The notes below the pieces were generated by a model, which saw only the letters and a program-made list of their open reading frames with translations, was not told the origin of the DNA and searched no databases. From a virus (taxonomy: Duplodnaviria; Caudoviricetes), in IMG/VR virus record IMGVR_UViG_3300033405_000047, positions 1-36,126 of that record: DNA of 36,126 bases; one strand, given 5' to 3'. The stretch's first letter is position 1; each line of letters starts with the position of its first letter. The position numbers and the translations under genes are program-made. Positions 26,010 through 34,511 of the stretch are shown here, one piece after another.

Positions 26010-26384
26010 TTAAACTCCAGGCAATGTACCCTGGCGTCGTTTAAACTCCTCGTCTCCCACGGCCGCTACGATGATGTAGATCTGCCGTTCGGTCAGATTA
26101 AACTCGCGGGCGAGCTGGGCATGGTTGGCGCCGGTGAAGCGTCTGTAGATGCGCCGGTGTTTCTCCGTTATGGCATAGAGGTGTCCCTTGGCAAAATATA
26201 CCGTGTTGCCGGAGATCTCACTGCGCATAAGCTCTATTGCCATGTCGGCCGCTTTTACGGCCTGGTCGGGCGTCATCTTCAGTTCCGCCACGAACCCCGC
26301 GGCAAGACTGTTACGCAATTGCTCCAGGAGTTCGCCGTATTTGCCGCGCCAGTGGCGGTCTACCTTATTCTCTTCGCTCATCAT
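26010..26384 (-). CDS. mor: Mor/C family transcription activator
   Basis: G..VY..KG and IY..F.G.N...LA..F.LT.R.IY.I motifs; start overlaps the gemA stop. Confidence 0.88.
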   Translation of the reverse strand: MMSEENKVDRHWRGKYGELLEQLRNSLAAGFVAELKMTPDQAVKAADMAIELMRSEISGNTVYFAKGHLYAITEKHRRIYRRFTGANHAQLAREFNLTERQIYIIVAAVGDEEFKRRQGTLPGV

Positions 26385-26908
26385 TTCGCTCCCGAGAGGT
26401 CCCATCCCTCGCGCTTGGCCTGATATGTGAGGGCGGCGATGATCTTGTACAGTTCGCCTGTTTTTACCCATTGCACTTTGTCCGTTTTGCAAACCCGCTT
26501 GGCGATGCCGTCGGCGTAGTGCCAGGATTTCTTACCCACCGTTAACAACGCCTCGATCTTGCCGAGTTGGTCGTCTCTGGACTGGCCGGACTTATCCATG
26601 TTTTTGGGGCGGTGGGGATAGTCGCGCTTGTCAAATCCCCCCCGCCCCCCTTTTTTAAAGGGGGGCGTACTTTGCTTTTCTCCGGCCAGAATGGAGAGGC
26701 GGTTGATCAGTTCGCGGCGCTCGTTGGGTTTCAGATCCTTGGAGGAGTCGGTGCGGCCCTTGCTGATGTCGCTGATGATATCGCGGTAGTTGTCTGCGTC
26801 AAAGCCCTGCTGCACGCTCATGGCCTTGTTTTTCAGGGCGTGGATACGCGGACGGTCGATATCCCATTGTTCGGCTTCGGTGCGTTGTTTGTATGGTTTG
26901 GAAGGCAT
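26381..26908 (-). CDS. gemA: GemA/DUF1018-like protein
   Basis: IH..K, YR......G...S.KDL and KI.ALL....W.YA..I..R motifs; upstream of mor. Confidence 0.8.
   Translation of the reverse strand: MPSKPYKQRTEAEQWDIDRPRIHALKNKAMSVQQGFDADNYRDIISDISKGRTDSSKDLKPNERRELINRLSILAGEKQSTPPFKKGGRGGFDKRDYPHRPKNMDKSGQSRDDQLGKIEALLTVGKKSWHYADGIAKRVCKTDKVQWVKTGELYKIIAALTYQAKREGWDLSGAK
26633..26666. repeat. GCCCCCCTTT-nnn-AAAGGGGGGC hairpin element, in frame in gemA
   Basis: Palindrome at 26644-26666; encodes PPFKKGGRGGF. Confidence 0.75.
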
Positions 26909-26933
26909 GGTTTAAGTCCTCTTAAAATATGTT

Positions 26934-27356
26934 TTACTCGCCGCTCTTCATGGCTTCGATTAACCATTCGTCGTCATCTTTTTCATCATCCTCATGCAGC
27001 GCATGATAGCAGTGAGGATTGGCAGGTACGTCACACCACCCTTTTTTCGGGCATCTTCCACACTCGATTTCGTCATATACAGGCGCGTCCTCGCATGCGC
27101 AATCGGGTGTGTTGTGAGGCGTCATTCCTGGGCATTGGTAACAACAACAATCCTTATAGGAATATTCATCTGATGAATATTCCTCGGCATCCCAAAGGGG
27201 GACCCAATTTGAGCATTCGGAACACACACCTTTCCCTGTTTCCCGATTCACTCTCAGCCAATGGCACGGCTCCATATAAATGTCGTAACATGCGTTGATG
27301 TCGGTGCAACTGCAACCTATGCAGGTAGCGATTCCTGCGCTTTCGAAAATGCTCAT
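26934..27356 (-). CDS. Cys-rich hypothetical protein with acidic tail
   Basis: CIGCSC..C, CSEC, CCCYQC and CGRC clusters; start at MSIFES or up to 27452. Confidence 0.7.
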   Translation of the reverse strand: MSIFESAGIATCIGCSCTDINACYDIYMEPCHWLRVNRETGKGVCSECSNWVPLWDAEEYSSDEYSYKDCCCYQCPGMTPHNTPDCACEDAPVYDEIECGRCPKKGWCDVPANPHCYHALHEDDEKDDDEWLIEAMKSGE

Positions 27357-27438
27357 TGTAGTACCCCCCCCCCCCGAAATTCCGGTAGCGGCAGGCGTTG
27401 TTGCAGCCATCCGCTGTTGTCTATTTTGTCCATCGTCA

Positions 27439-27654
27439 TCACCATTTCCCAAACCGTTCCTGCATTGCCTTGAAGAACTTCTCTCCCGTGGTTTCGGGTC
27501 CGATCAGATCCATCTGCTCCGGTTGTTTCAGCTTCCGTTCGATGATCGCCCGCGCCCGGCGTTCGGCCTCGGCCCTGGGCAGGCCGCCGTCGAACTGCAT
27601 GATGGCGGCGCGTTCCTCGTATTCCTCGCGGGTGGCTGCGTCCCAGGTCAACAT
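27439..27654 (-). CDS. Small phage protein with EERAAI..DGG..R.EAE motif
   Basis: Motif; start overlaps the upstream stop. Confidence 0.7.
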   Translation of the reverse strand: MLTWDAATREEYEERAAIMQFDGGLPRAEAERRARAIIERKLKQPEQMDLIGPETTGEKFFKAMQERFGKW

Positions 27655-27977
27655 CACTCTTCCTCTTTTTCGACCTGATTTGAGGGGATCATCCCGTCTG
27701 GGAATACTCTCAAAAGCTCTGTATCGACACGGGCGGCCAATCCTTCCATGAACTTTCGATTCCATTTCAACTCGGCAAACACCGCATTGGCTATGGCATC
27801 AGGTATCCGCCGTTTCCCGGCTTCATAATCCTGGTAGGTGCGCCTGGGTATTCCCAGGGTGCGATACATATCCCTGGGAGCGAAGCCGATTTCTTCGCGG
27901 ATAACCTTCAGCATGTCCGCGTCCATCAGGTGCGTGCGTTTTGTGTCGGTTTTGTTTTTTTTATGGTTGTTTCGCAC
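27654..27977 (-). CDS. XRE-type HTH protein
   Basis: LK.IRE..G.....M...LGI..RTYQDYE.G.R.IP motif. Confidence 0.8.
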   Translation of the reverse strand: MRNNHKKNKTDTKRTHLMDADMLKVIREEIGFAPRDMYRTLGIPRRTYQDYEAGKRRIPDAIANAVFAELKWNRKFMEGLAARVDTELLRVFPDGMIPSNQVEKEEE

Positions 27978-27982
27978 GCGGT

Positions 27983-28255
27983 TTATTCCTCTCTACCAGC
28001 CCCGCAGCAGGCCATGCCCCACTGGTTTAGTATCGGGTTGCGCGTAGCCGGCATCTCGCATAATCGGCACCAGACATGTTTTGCGTCCAGGTGTTTGCAA
28101 CCGTTGCAGCTCTCCATATCTGACCAAATTTCATAGTGAGAAGAGCCGTAGGCGACATCCCATTTACGGGCCACATATAGCCAACGACACCATTTATCTG
28201 GTGTATCCAGATCTGACCATTTGGAGTTCAGTATGTCGATTAATCTTTGTCTCAT
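27983..28255 (-). CDS. Hypothetical Cys-containing protein
   Basis: 90 aa ORF in operon orientation; CNGCKH motif. Confidence 0.6.
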   Translation of the reverse strand: MRQRLIDILNSKWSDLDTPDKWCRWLYVARKWDVAYGSSHYEIWSDMESCNGCKHLDAKHVWCRLCEMPATRNPILNQWGMACCGAGREE

Positions 28256-28268
28256 GATCGCTCAATGC

Positions 28269-28301
28269 AGACCCTAAAGGTTTTGGAAACCTTTAGGGTC
28301 T
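28269..28301. repeat. 33-bp palindrome, copy A10
   Basis: agaccctaaaggttt-tgg-aaacctttagggtct. Confidence 0.95.
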
Positions 28302-28312
28302 CGGTTCAACGA

Positions 28313-28510
28313 TCAGCGCGGTATCGGCTGTGTTTTGACCACTCTTCCCCATGATCGGCAGAAGGGACAGACGACATCGGTTATCTTCTTTTCGCTGCCA
28401 TCGGTAGCTTGGTAGGTAATTGTCTTCTTTTGTTTGATAAACTCTTTGCCGCCATTCTTACAACTAGCATTGCGGCAGATGGCTGTGACGTCGAAATATG
28501 GCGGTTTCAA
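28313..28510 (-). CDS. Small Zn-ribbon-like protein
   Basis: CRNASC...CPFC; start overlaps the upstream stop. Confidence 0.6.
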   Translation of the reverse strand: MKPPYFDVTAICRNASCKNGGKEFIKQKKTITYQATDGSEKKITDVVCPFCRSWGRVVKTQPIPR

Positions 28511-28701
28511 GGTTTGTTCTCCCTTCGAGGGGAATTCTCGATATCATCGGTCTCGTGATTGGGATACATATGGCCGTCGCGAGACTCCAAAAGGCATTTT
28601 TGACAACGTACGCAGGTACTGAGCCTTTCATGTCGATGCTTGCAATTCACACAGGATTTTTCCATGTTCGGCCCTGGAGCGAGGTAACGGGGGATCGCCA
28701 T
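28507..28701 (-). CDS. Small Cys-rich protein
   Basis: MAIPRY...CVNCKH...CVRCQKC, with a GGAGG-like SD. Confidence 0.55.
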   Translation of the reverse strand: MAIPRYLAPGPNMEKSCVNCKHRHERLSTCVRCQKCLLESRDGHMYPNHETDDIENSPRRENKP

Positions 28702-28858
28702 CACTTCCCTCCAGGACATTAACGCCGTCCTTCTCGTAGATCCGGATGCGCAACGGATTGCCGTCCGCGTCGGAAACCGGCATTTCATCGGGCAGTACTG
28801 CCAGTAATTCTTTGATATCGCCCACATCCACGACCGTTATATCGAGTATTTTACCCAT
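28628..28858 (-). CDS. Hypothetical protein
   Basis: 76 aa ORF in the operon; V.D..ELL..LPDEMPV motif. Confidence 0.55.
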   Translation of the reverse strand: MGKILDITVVDVGDIKELLAVLPDEMPVSDADGNPLRIRIYEKDGVNVLEGSDGDPPLPRSRAEHGKILCELQAST

Positions 28859-28867
28859 GTCCGCCCC

Positions 28868-29689
28868 CTATAACGCCGCGATGTCGAGCGGGATGGCGAT
28901 GTATTCGCCCTGTTCGTTGCGCTCGTAGAGCCGAATCTGCTTTTTGCTGCTGATGACCACGATGGCGCTATCGACGATCTGCATGCCCTCATTCCACAAG
29001 GCATTGCTGATTTTGTAGGTGCGCAGTCGCAGGATCTCGGCTACGCGCAGACGGCCGTCCACCAGGGTAAACGACCCGGTAACGATGGTTTTAAGATCGG
29101 CGACGCCCTCGGAGTCGGCATCGCCCATTTGATCCAGGGCGGCCAGCAGTTTGGCCTGAGCGGCCTGCAATTCAGGGCCGAAATCGATCTTCTTTTGGAT
29201 CGCGATGGCAAGTTTGAATTTCCGGTCAAAAGTAAAGAATTGCAGGTTTCCGTCGCGTCCGCCCCGTTACACCCCATGTTTCTCCAACAGCAGGGCCAGG
29301 ACGGTGGAAACGTCCTCGAAGGTGTATTGCTTGAAACGCTGGATCTTGCCGCTGAGCACCCGCCAGATCACGGCGATGGAGAGCACCAGGTCGTTGTAGA
29401 GCAGGTCGGTTTCCCTGATCCTGCTGACCAGGACCAACGAGCCATCCGCATCCTCCATGCGGCCGTCGATGACCTGGGGATATTCTATCTCATAGGTGAG
29501 GCGTTCCTGGCGCCTGAGGGTGTAACCGGCGCCGGTGTCAGTGGCGCGCTCGGTGACTTCGCCCCAGGTGATCAGACCCGGTTTTTCGGATATGCCCCGG
29601 CGGATCGCCGCTTCGGCCGCGTCCTTGGCCTGGGACCCGGTGGTGTGGTACTGCATCCCCTCTGCGGGGCTGTAGCTGTAATAGTTCAT
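28868..29689 (-). pseudogene. DUF3164-family gene interrupted by one in-frame TAA
   Basis: ...LLEKHGV*RGGRDGNLQFFTFD.KFK...DFGPELQAA...YER...G.Y..IPLDIA; both halves are in the same frame, with the stop at 29267-29269. Confidence 0.8.
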
Positions 29690-29880
29690 TTTTTCCCTCT
29701 CCTTTTTCCGTCCCGTTCCCACCATCGATCAAAGTTATCCAGGCAGACGGGGCAGACAATATAGTTGTGATCGGGCATGCCGAATTTGGGACAACTCCAT
29801 TCGGCTCCGAGGCCCGCCACTTCTCCGCGTACATTAGGGGCTGGGGCGGTGTTGACAGCAAAGGCGTTGGCTTTAGCCAT
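29686..29880 (-). CDS. Hypothetical protein (64 aa)
   Basis: GGAGG SD; CP....CPVC motif; stop overlaps the next ATG. Confidence 0.6.
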   Translation of the reverse strand: MAKANAFAVNTAPAPNVRGEVAGLGAEWSCPKFGMPDHNYIVCPVCLDNFDRWWERDGKRRGKK

Positions 29881-30040
29881 GGCATACCTCCCGGATCGCC
29901 CTGTTTACGGCGCGGCAGCGAAGCCAATGCCGGAACCATTCATCGGTGATAATGGCTACGATGGATAGGGCATAAACCGGGCCGATCAGTCTTGCGATGG
30001 CGCGTTCGATGCGGATGCGTTTGATGATGCGTTTAAGCAT
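29873..30040 (-). CDS. Small basic protein (55 aa)
   Basis: MLKRIIKRIRIERAIARL... with an AAAGGAGG SD; manually translated. Confidence 0.6.
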   Translation of the reverse strand: MLKRIIKRIRIERAIARLIGPVYALSIVAIITDEWFRHWLRCRAVNRAIREVCHG

Positions 30041-30080
30041 GGGTTTGAACCTCCTTTGTGATGATAATGGTTAGGACCTT

Positions 30081-30165
30081 GTGAATGGTGAATAGTGAAT
30101 GGTGAATAAAACCGATTTTAAGTCTTTAATCCTCTACTCTTCACCATTCACGTTTCACCATTCAC
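30081..30165. repeat. Heptamer inverted array, copy B5
   Basis: gtgaatg gtgaata gtgaatg gtgaata aaaccg ... cattcac gtttcac cattcac; contains the TGA stop of the upstream gene. Confidence 0.9.
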
Positions 30166-30491
30166 GCCTTTTTCCTTTGACATTGTTTGCAGGCCCGGTA
30201 CATCCGGGCGTAGAAGCTGTCCGTCGTGGGCTGGCGTTTTCGGTGGCCGGAGCATTCGGCCAGGGTCAGTTCTCCCAACTCCGGGCAGGCTACGGTTTCT
30301 CCGCCCAGGACCTCGCGAATGCGACGCTCTATGGCGTCGGGGGCCGCGTAAGTGCCCTTGCGGTATTGGGACATCTGACTGTCGGAGATGTTGAGCTTTT
30401 TGGCCACCTGTGCGGCGCCCCCTTTGCCCCTGGCGTCGTTGTGCTCGGTGATGGCTTGCTCCAGAATGGTTCTGAGTTCGGTGGTCGTCAT
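30162..30491 (-). CDS. HTH/Cys-motif early protein
   Basis: VAKKL.IS...SQ...G.Y, V.CP.LG and CKQC motifs; start MTTTEL overlaps the upstream stop. Confidence 0.75.
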   Translation of the reverse strand: MTTTELRTILEQAITEHNDARGKGGAAQVAKKLNISDSQMSQYRKGTYAAPDAIERRIREVLGGETVACPELGELTLAECSGHRKRQPTTDSFYARMYRACKQCQRKKA

Positions 30492-31069
30492 TCGGCACCG
30501 CTTTCCACCCGCGCCCAGACAACGCGCTGCAAATTGGGGTCGTAGACCTGCTTGGTTCTCTGGATCTGGGGCGGATGCGGGCCGGTCCACATGGCGGGGA
30601 TCAGAGAGTATTTGCCGTCCGGATGCCTGACCAGATAACCGGCGGTCCAGAGTGCGTTGCAGTAGCTGATTGCCTCGGATGCGGCGATGATATGAGTTTC
30701 AGTCTTGGCGTTGAAGGCCAGATCCACGGGACTGAAGCTCTTGAGTACCTGCATTGCGTTCCACATGTTGCGCCTGCCGATCCCTTGGGTTACGGGTGTG
30801 CCGTCCTTGCGCACTCGCGGGGCATCAATACCGGTGTTTTTGATGAGAGTGTATGTGCTGGCGCTGAAGTTGCGGTGGTTGCCAGATCTCTCAAGATATC
30901 CAGCATTGACCAGACCCGTTAGATATTCGCGGATGCTGGATTCTTCCAGGCGGATTTCTCGGGCGATATCGTTGATAAAAAAGGGTAGCGTGCCGTTTCT
31001 CCTGATCCACTCCCAGACGGCCTGCCTACATTCCGTTGGCTGCTGTTTATCCACGGGCTTGCGACTCAT
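30488..31069 (-). CDS. Tandem winged-helix early protein
   Basis: RQ.VWE.IR, YL..L..AGY (twice), APRV.KDG and TGP.PP.I.R...VYDPN motifs; follows B. Confidence 0.75.
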   Translation of the reverse strand: MSRKPVDKQQPTECRQAVWEWIRRNGTLPFFINDIAREIRLEESSIREYLTGLVNAGYLERSGNHRNFSASTYTLIKNTGIDAPRVRKDGTPVTQGIGRRNMWNAMQVLKSFSPVDLAFNAKTETHIIAASEAISYCNALWTAGYLVRHPDGKYSLIPAMWTGPHPPQIQRTKQVYDPNLQRVVWARVESGAE

Positions 31070-31809
31070 TTGCGCCCCCTGACCGGGGCTTTGCCGGTGT
31101 AAAGCGGCTGGGCGCCCCATTTTGCTCGGTCGATGCTGTCGAGGCCCTGGCGCAGGCTCATTTCCTCGACCAGCTCCAGGTTGGTGCAGATGCGCCGGGC
31201 CGAGCCGCCGCTCTGCTGATGTATGTGTTCCAGCAGATCGTCCGCGACGCTCACCTTGCGGCAATAGAATTCGGCCAGGAGTTTGGCATCCTCCAGGTCG
31301 AGTGGTTGGACCGGGGACCAGTCGAGCACGCGGCTGTCCACGCGCTCCCATGAGTTGAGGGCCGTGGGAAAGTTCTCCTCCCCGATGAGAAGGATGGGAT
31401 GCTGGCCCGCTCCGTCATGGATATCCCGGATGACTTCGACCGCGTTCTTCTTCACCAGGTGATCCATTTCATCGACGATCAGGGGCCGACCCGAGACCAT
31501 GAGCTGGGTGCATATCTGGTCGAGCATCTCGGGCATGGTGGGGGCGGGTTTGATCGCCATGCGCTTCAGGATCTCCGTCAGGACCGTTTTGCGGTTCCAG
31601 ACGGATTTGCATTCAATGCGGTAGGCGTTGTAGCGGTTCATCAGGTAGATGGCGGCCGACGATTTGCCCAGGCCGGCGCGGCCGTAGAGCACGCCGATCT
31701 TGGGGAGGTGGCTGGAGGCGTTGACCAGGCGCTCCATGCAGGTTGCTGCCAGTATGACGTTGTTGAGCGCTGCTACGGTTCCATTGACGTTCGATGCGGG
31801 TTGTGGCAT
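31066..31809 (-). CDS. Transposition ATPase B (AAA+)
   Basis: Walker A GRAGLGKS, Walker B LIVDE, LLIGEE; directly after the transposase. Confidence 0.92.
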   Translation of the reverse strand: MPQPASNVNGTVAALNNVILAATCMERLVNASSHLPKIGVLYGRAGLGKSSAAIYLMNRYNAYRIECKSVWNRKTVLTEILKRMAIKPAPTMPEMLDQICTQLMVSGRPLIVDEMDHLVKKNAVEVIRDIHDGAGQHPILLIGEENFPTALNSWERVDSRVLDWSPVQPLDLEDAKLLAEFYCRKVSVADDLLEHIHQQSGGSARRICTNLELVEEMSLRQGLDSIDRAKWGAQPLYTGKAPVRGRK

Positions 31810-31832
31810 TATTTCCTCCTCTTGAGTAGTTT

Positions 31833-31865
31833 GAAACGGTCGGGGTCGCGAGTCCCGGCCGTTTC
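31833..31865. other. GC-rich hairpin between A and B
   Basis: gaaacggtcggg...cccggccgtttc. Confidence 0.55.
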
Positions 31866-31873
31866 GTCATTTC

Positions 31874-31906
31874 AGACCCTAAAGGTTTCGTAAACCTTTA
31901 GGGTCT
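31874..31906. repeat. 33-bp palindrome, copy A11, supplying the transposase stop
   Basis: agaccctaaaggttt-cgt-aaacctttagggtct; TAG at 31879-31881. Confidence 0.95.
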
Positions 31907-34083
31907 TGTTCCAACTCCATTCCCTTGAACACCCTATATTCGTTGCTCTGCTCGTAGATCATGAGCGTGCGGTATTCCTCCTCAGTGATGCTGCCGCCAT
32001 CGGTCAGCACGTTGCGCAGGCCGCTCATGCGTTTGTATTTGCTCCGGGCCGACTCGACTCCCAGGTTGCGGACGTTGGTGGTCTCTCGTGTCTGGAACTC
32101 GGACCTGATGCGGGCCTTCATGGCCTGTTCTTCGGCGGTCAGGGGCGGGGTGATTGGTTTCGTTGTGCCGTCCAGGGCCGCGCGGGCCTCGGCGGCGGCG
32201 GTGAGGCCGGGCGTGGTGTACTCGACGGTGGAGCGCGTGAGGGGTACGACACGTCCGGAGTCCTTGAGCCGGGCGGCCATGATGATGTCTGCTGCCGGGG
32301 CGTTTTTGAGCACGTTCTTGGAACGTTTGAGATCGTCTCTCAGGGAAGCCGTGTGCTGTTTCCACGCCTCGTTGGTGGCCCTGGCCAGCTCCAACCGGGA
32401 GATGCCCAGGACTTCGGGGCAGACGGCCACGCATACGTGCTCGTAGACGCCGAATTCGTTCGGTCCCTGGACGATGATCCGGCCCAGATCCTCGGGCTCG
32501 TAGAGAACCTGGAGCACTCGGCCCTTGCCGATCCAAGAGACCAGGGCGGGCTCCACATACCAGAGGCGGTCCACCTTTATGCCGTTCTTGGTGGCGGCCC
32601 GCATGCCGCCGTGGCGCGGGGCCGAGGCGAGGAGGACATCAAGCGCTCGTTCGTCGGTTATGGTTCGGATCTGGCCGGCCCATTCGTTGGCCATGGTGGC
32701 GGGTTTTTTACCCAGGGAGGAATGGACGCGTTGGTGATAGGCGGCGCACCAGTTGTCACAGAAGGCATGGAAGTCGGCTGCGGTCATCTTGACCTCGATG
32801 ACGTTGTCCGGATCCCGGAGGCGCTGGGCAAAGGTCTTGCGGCTTTCGATATCCTTGCGATCTGCTACGCTGTGACCGATGTAGCCGGGCAGAAGCTCGA
32901 CCAGGTCGTGGGAAAAGGTGCCGAGGCCGCGCTCGATGTGGGGTTTCTGGTCGCCGGAGAAGGGGTCGCACAGATCGTGATCGATATCCAGGTCGGAAAG
33001 GACTCTCTCAAAATGATCGGAGGTGTAATCCTGGCCGTTGTCCGTCAAAATGCAGTCGGGGACGCCAAAGTCGAGCAGACCGCGCCGCATGAGGGTATTG
33101 ACCATCACCGTGCGGCTGGTCTTTGACACCAGGAGCTTCATGCGGCGGCTGTAGACGTCGATCATGCCCAGGACGCTGTGGCGGCCGTCGATGAGCATGA
33201 CGTCGGCCGGGGTTGCGTCGAACTCCCAGAGCTGGTTGAGGTTGAAGATTCCTTCGGAGCGGGAGCCGAAGGCCGGCTGCATGCTGGACTTGAACTTGTC
33301 GGGGTTGGTGGCCAGGAGCGTGCGCTGGGGGTCGTTCTTTTGGCGCTGGCTGCGGTAACGGTCAATGCTCTTGGTGCTGATCATGGGCTCGGACGGACAG
33401 TGGGCCTGGATAAATTCGTTGATGTGGCAGCTCTTGATGTGCGGCTTGCTGTCCAGGAGGCTGTCGATGGCGGCCTTGAGCGTTGGGTTGGTCTCGATCT
33501 TGCTCTGTCCCTTGCGGTTGCCGTACAGGTCCACGAGGCCCATGGCGCCCAGGTCGTGCTCCTCGCGGATCCAGGTACGCAGGGTACCGGGGTGGATCTG
33601 CCGGATCTCGCAGCGCACCCAGGGGACGACATCGATATTGCCAGCGTTATACTCGTAGCAAAAGCTGTCCTGACCGGCGGTACGGGCCAGGGCGTGGCGG
33701 GTGATGTAGTGATTGCAGGCGCGTATGATGGCTAGCTTTGCGTCGGCGCTCTTTCGCTGCCAGGCCGGCAGGCGGCGAAAGGCGGTAAGGCTCTCGGCGC
33801 GGGCCGCCAGGCGCTGGCGACCCTGCTCCTCGGCGGATATCTGAACCTTTTCGGCATAGGCGTCGGCTGCGGGGCAGTCGTAGCCGCAAGTGGTGTTTTG
33901 TGTGGCCAGGGCGTGGCGGGTTTCAGGTGGGAGGGAGGCTACGGCGTATTCCCGGCCGCCGCCTCGGCCTTGCCGCGGCTGATCTTGCCAGCTTTCGCGT
34001 TTTGCTTTAATCTGGACGGCACGTTCCGTGATTGCCATTGCAAGGGCAATTTCTTTGGCGGTGGCGTAGGCTTTAAGGCTCAT
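31879..34083 (-). CDS. Mu-like DDE transposase A
   Basis: N-terminal Mu DNA-binding domain (GRGGGREY...LP); WEFDAT, IDVYSRR, TDNG.DY, K..IER and YH...HSSL motifs. Confidence 0.95.
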   Translation of the reverse strand: MSLKAYATAKEIALAMAITERAVQIKAKRESWQDQPRQGRGGGREYAVASLPPETRHALATQNTTCGYDCPAADAYAEKVQISAEEQGRQRLAARAESLTAFRRLPAWQRKSADAKLAIIRACNHYITRHALARTAGQDSFCYEYNAGNIDVVPWVRCEIRQIHPGTLRTWIREEHDLGAMGLVDLYGNRKGQSKIETNPTLKAAIDSLLDSKPHIKSCHINEFIQAHCPSEPMISTKSIDRYRSQRQKNDPQRTLLATNPDKFKSSMQPAFGSRSEGIFNLNQLWEFDATPADVMLIDGRHSVLGMIDVYSRRMKLLVSKTSRTVMVNTLMRRGLLDFGVPDCILTDNGQDYTSDHFERVLSDLDIDHDLCDPFSGDQKPHIERGLGTFSHDLVELLPGYIGHSVADRKDIESRKTFAQRLRDPDNVIEVKMTAADFHAFCDNWCAAYHQRVHSSLGKKPATMANEWAGQIRTITDERALDVLLASAPRHGGMRAATKNGIKVDRLWYVEPALVSWIGKGRVLQVLYEPEDLGRIIVQGPNEFGVYEHVCVAVCPEVLGISRLELARATNEAWKQHTASLRDDLKRSKNVLKNAPAADIIMAARLKDSGRVVPLTRSTVEYTTPGLTAAAEARAALDGTTKPITPPLTAEEQAMKARIRSEFQTRETTNVRNLGVESARSKYKRMSGLRNVLTDGGSITEEEYRTLMIYEQSNEYRVFKGMELEQDPKGLRNL

Positions 34084-34511
34084 TTAAGCCCCCGTTTTGT
34101 ACGGATGGCATCCATTTTGGCCTTGATGATGCGTTCTTGCTCCTGGAGGCGTGCCAGCTCGATCAGGTCCCGATCCTCGGGGTTAAGGACGTCGCTGTCC
34201 AGATACTCCAGCACATAGCGGAATGGTTCCAGGGAGCCGGTGATCTTGCAAATTACCGCGCCTTCAACCATGTCTGGACGATAGGCGGGATCGCTGGACA
34301 GCTTCTTGTCCAGAGTTTCCTTGCTGATGTCCCTCAGCGTGGCCTTGCTGATCTGGGCCGCGACCAAGTAACGGTCAATCCCTTTCAAATTGCGCGAAAA
34401 GGTTTGTTTCAGACCGAGGAGAATATCGAACGACCCTTCTTCCAGTCCATTATCAAATAAGGCTATTTGCCTTGATATGCCTGCATCATTTCCCGCGTGT
34501 TTTTTTGCCAT
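34080..34511 (-). CDS. Hypothetical early DNA-binding/regulatory protein
   Basis: 143 aa; GGAG SD; R..VAA.IS and IS...LD motifs; stop overlaps the A start. Confidence 0.7.
   Translation of the reverse strand: MAKKHAGNDAGISRQIALFDNGLEEGSFDILLGLKQTFSRNLKGIDRYLVAAQISKATLRDISKETLDKKLSSDPAYRPDMVEGAVICKITGSLEPFRYVLEYLDSDVLNPEDRDLIELARLQEQERIIKAKMDAIRTKRGLK

Noticed and set aside
29267-29269. Stop-codon recoding (alternative genetic code)
   Set aside because: There is only one internal stop, and TAA, TAG and TGA all end other genes normally.
9375-31906. 33-bp repeats as a CRISPR array or integron attC sites
   Set aside because: Copies are dispersed hundreds to thousands of bp apart with no regular spacers. 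There is no cas gene or integron integrase, and no RYYYAAC/GTTRRRY ends.
2100-34460. Numerous + strand ORFs over the phage operons (e.g. 2605-3477, 19912-20625, 31906-33126)
   Set aside because: They lie antisense to well-supported genes in GC-rich DNA and show no recognisable motifs.
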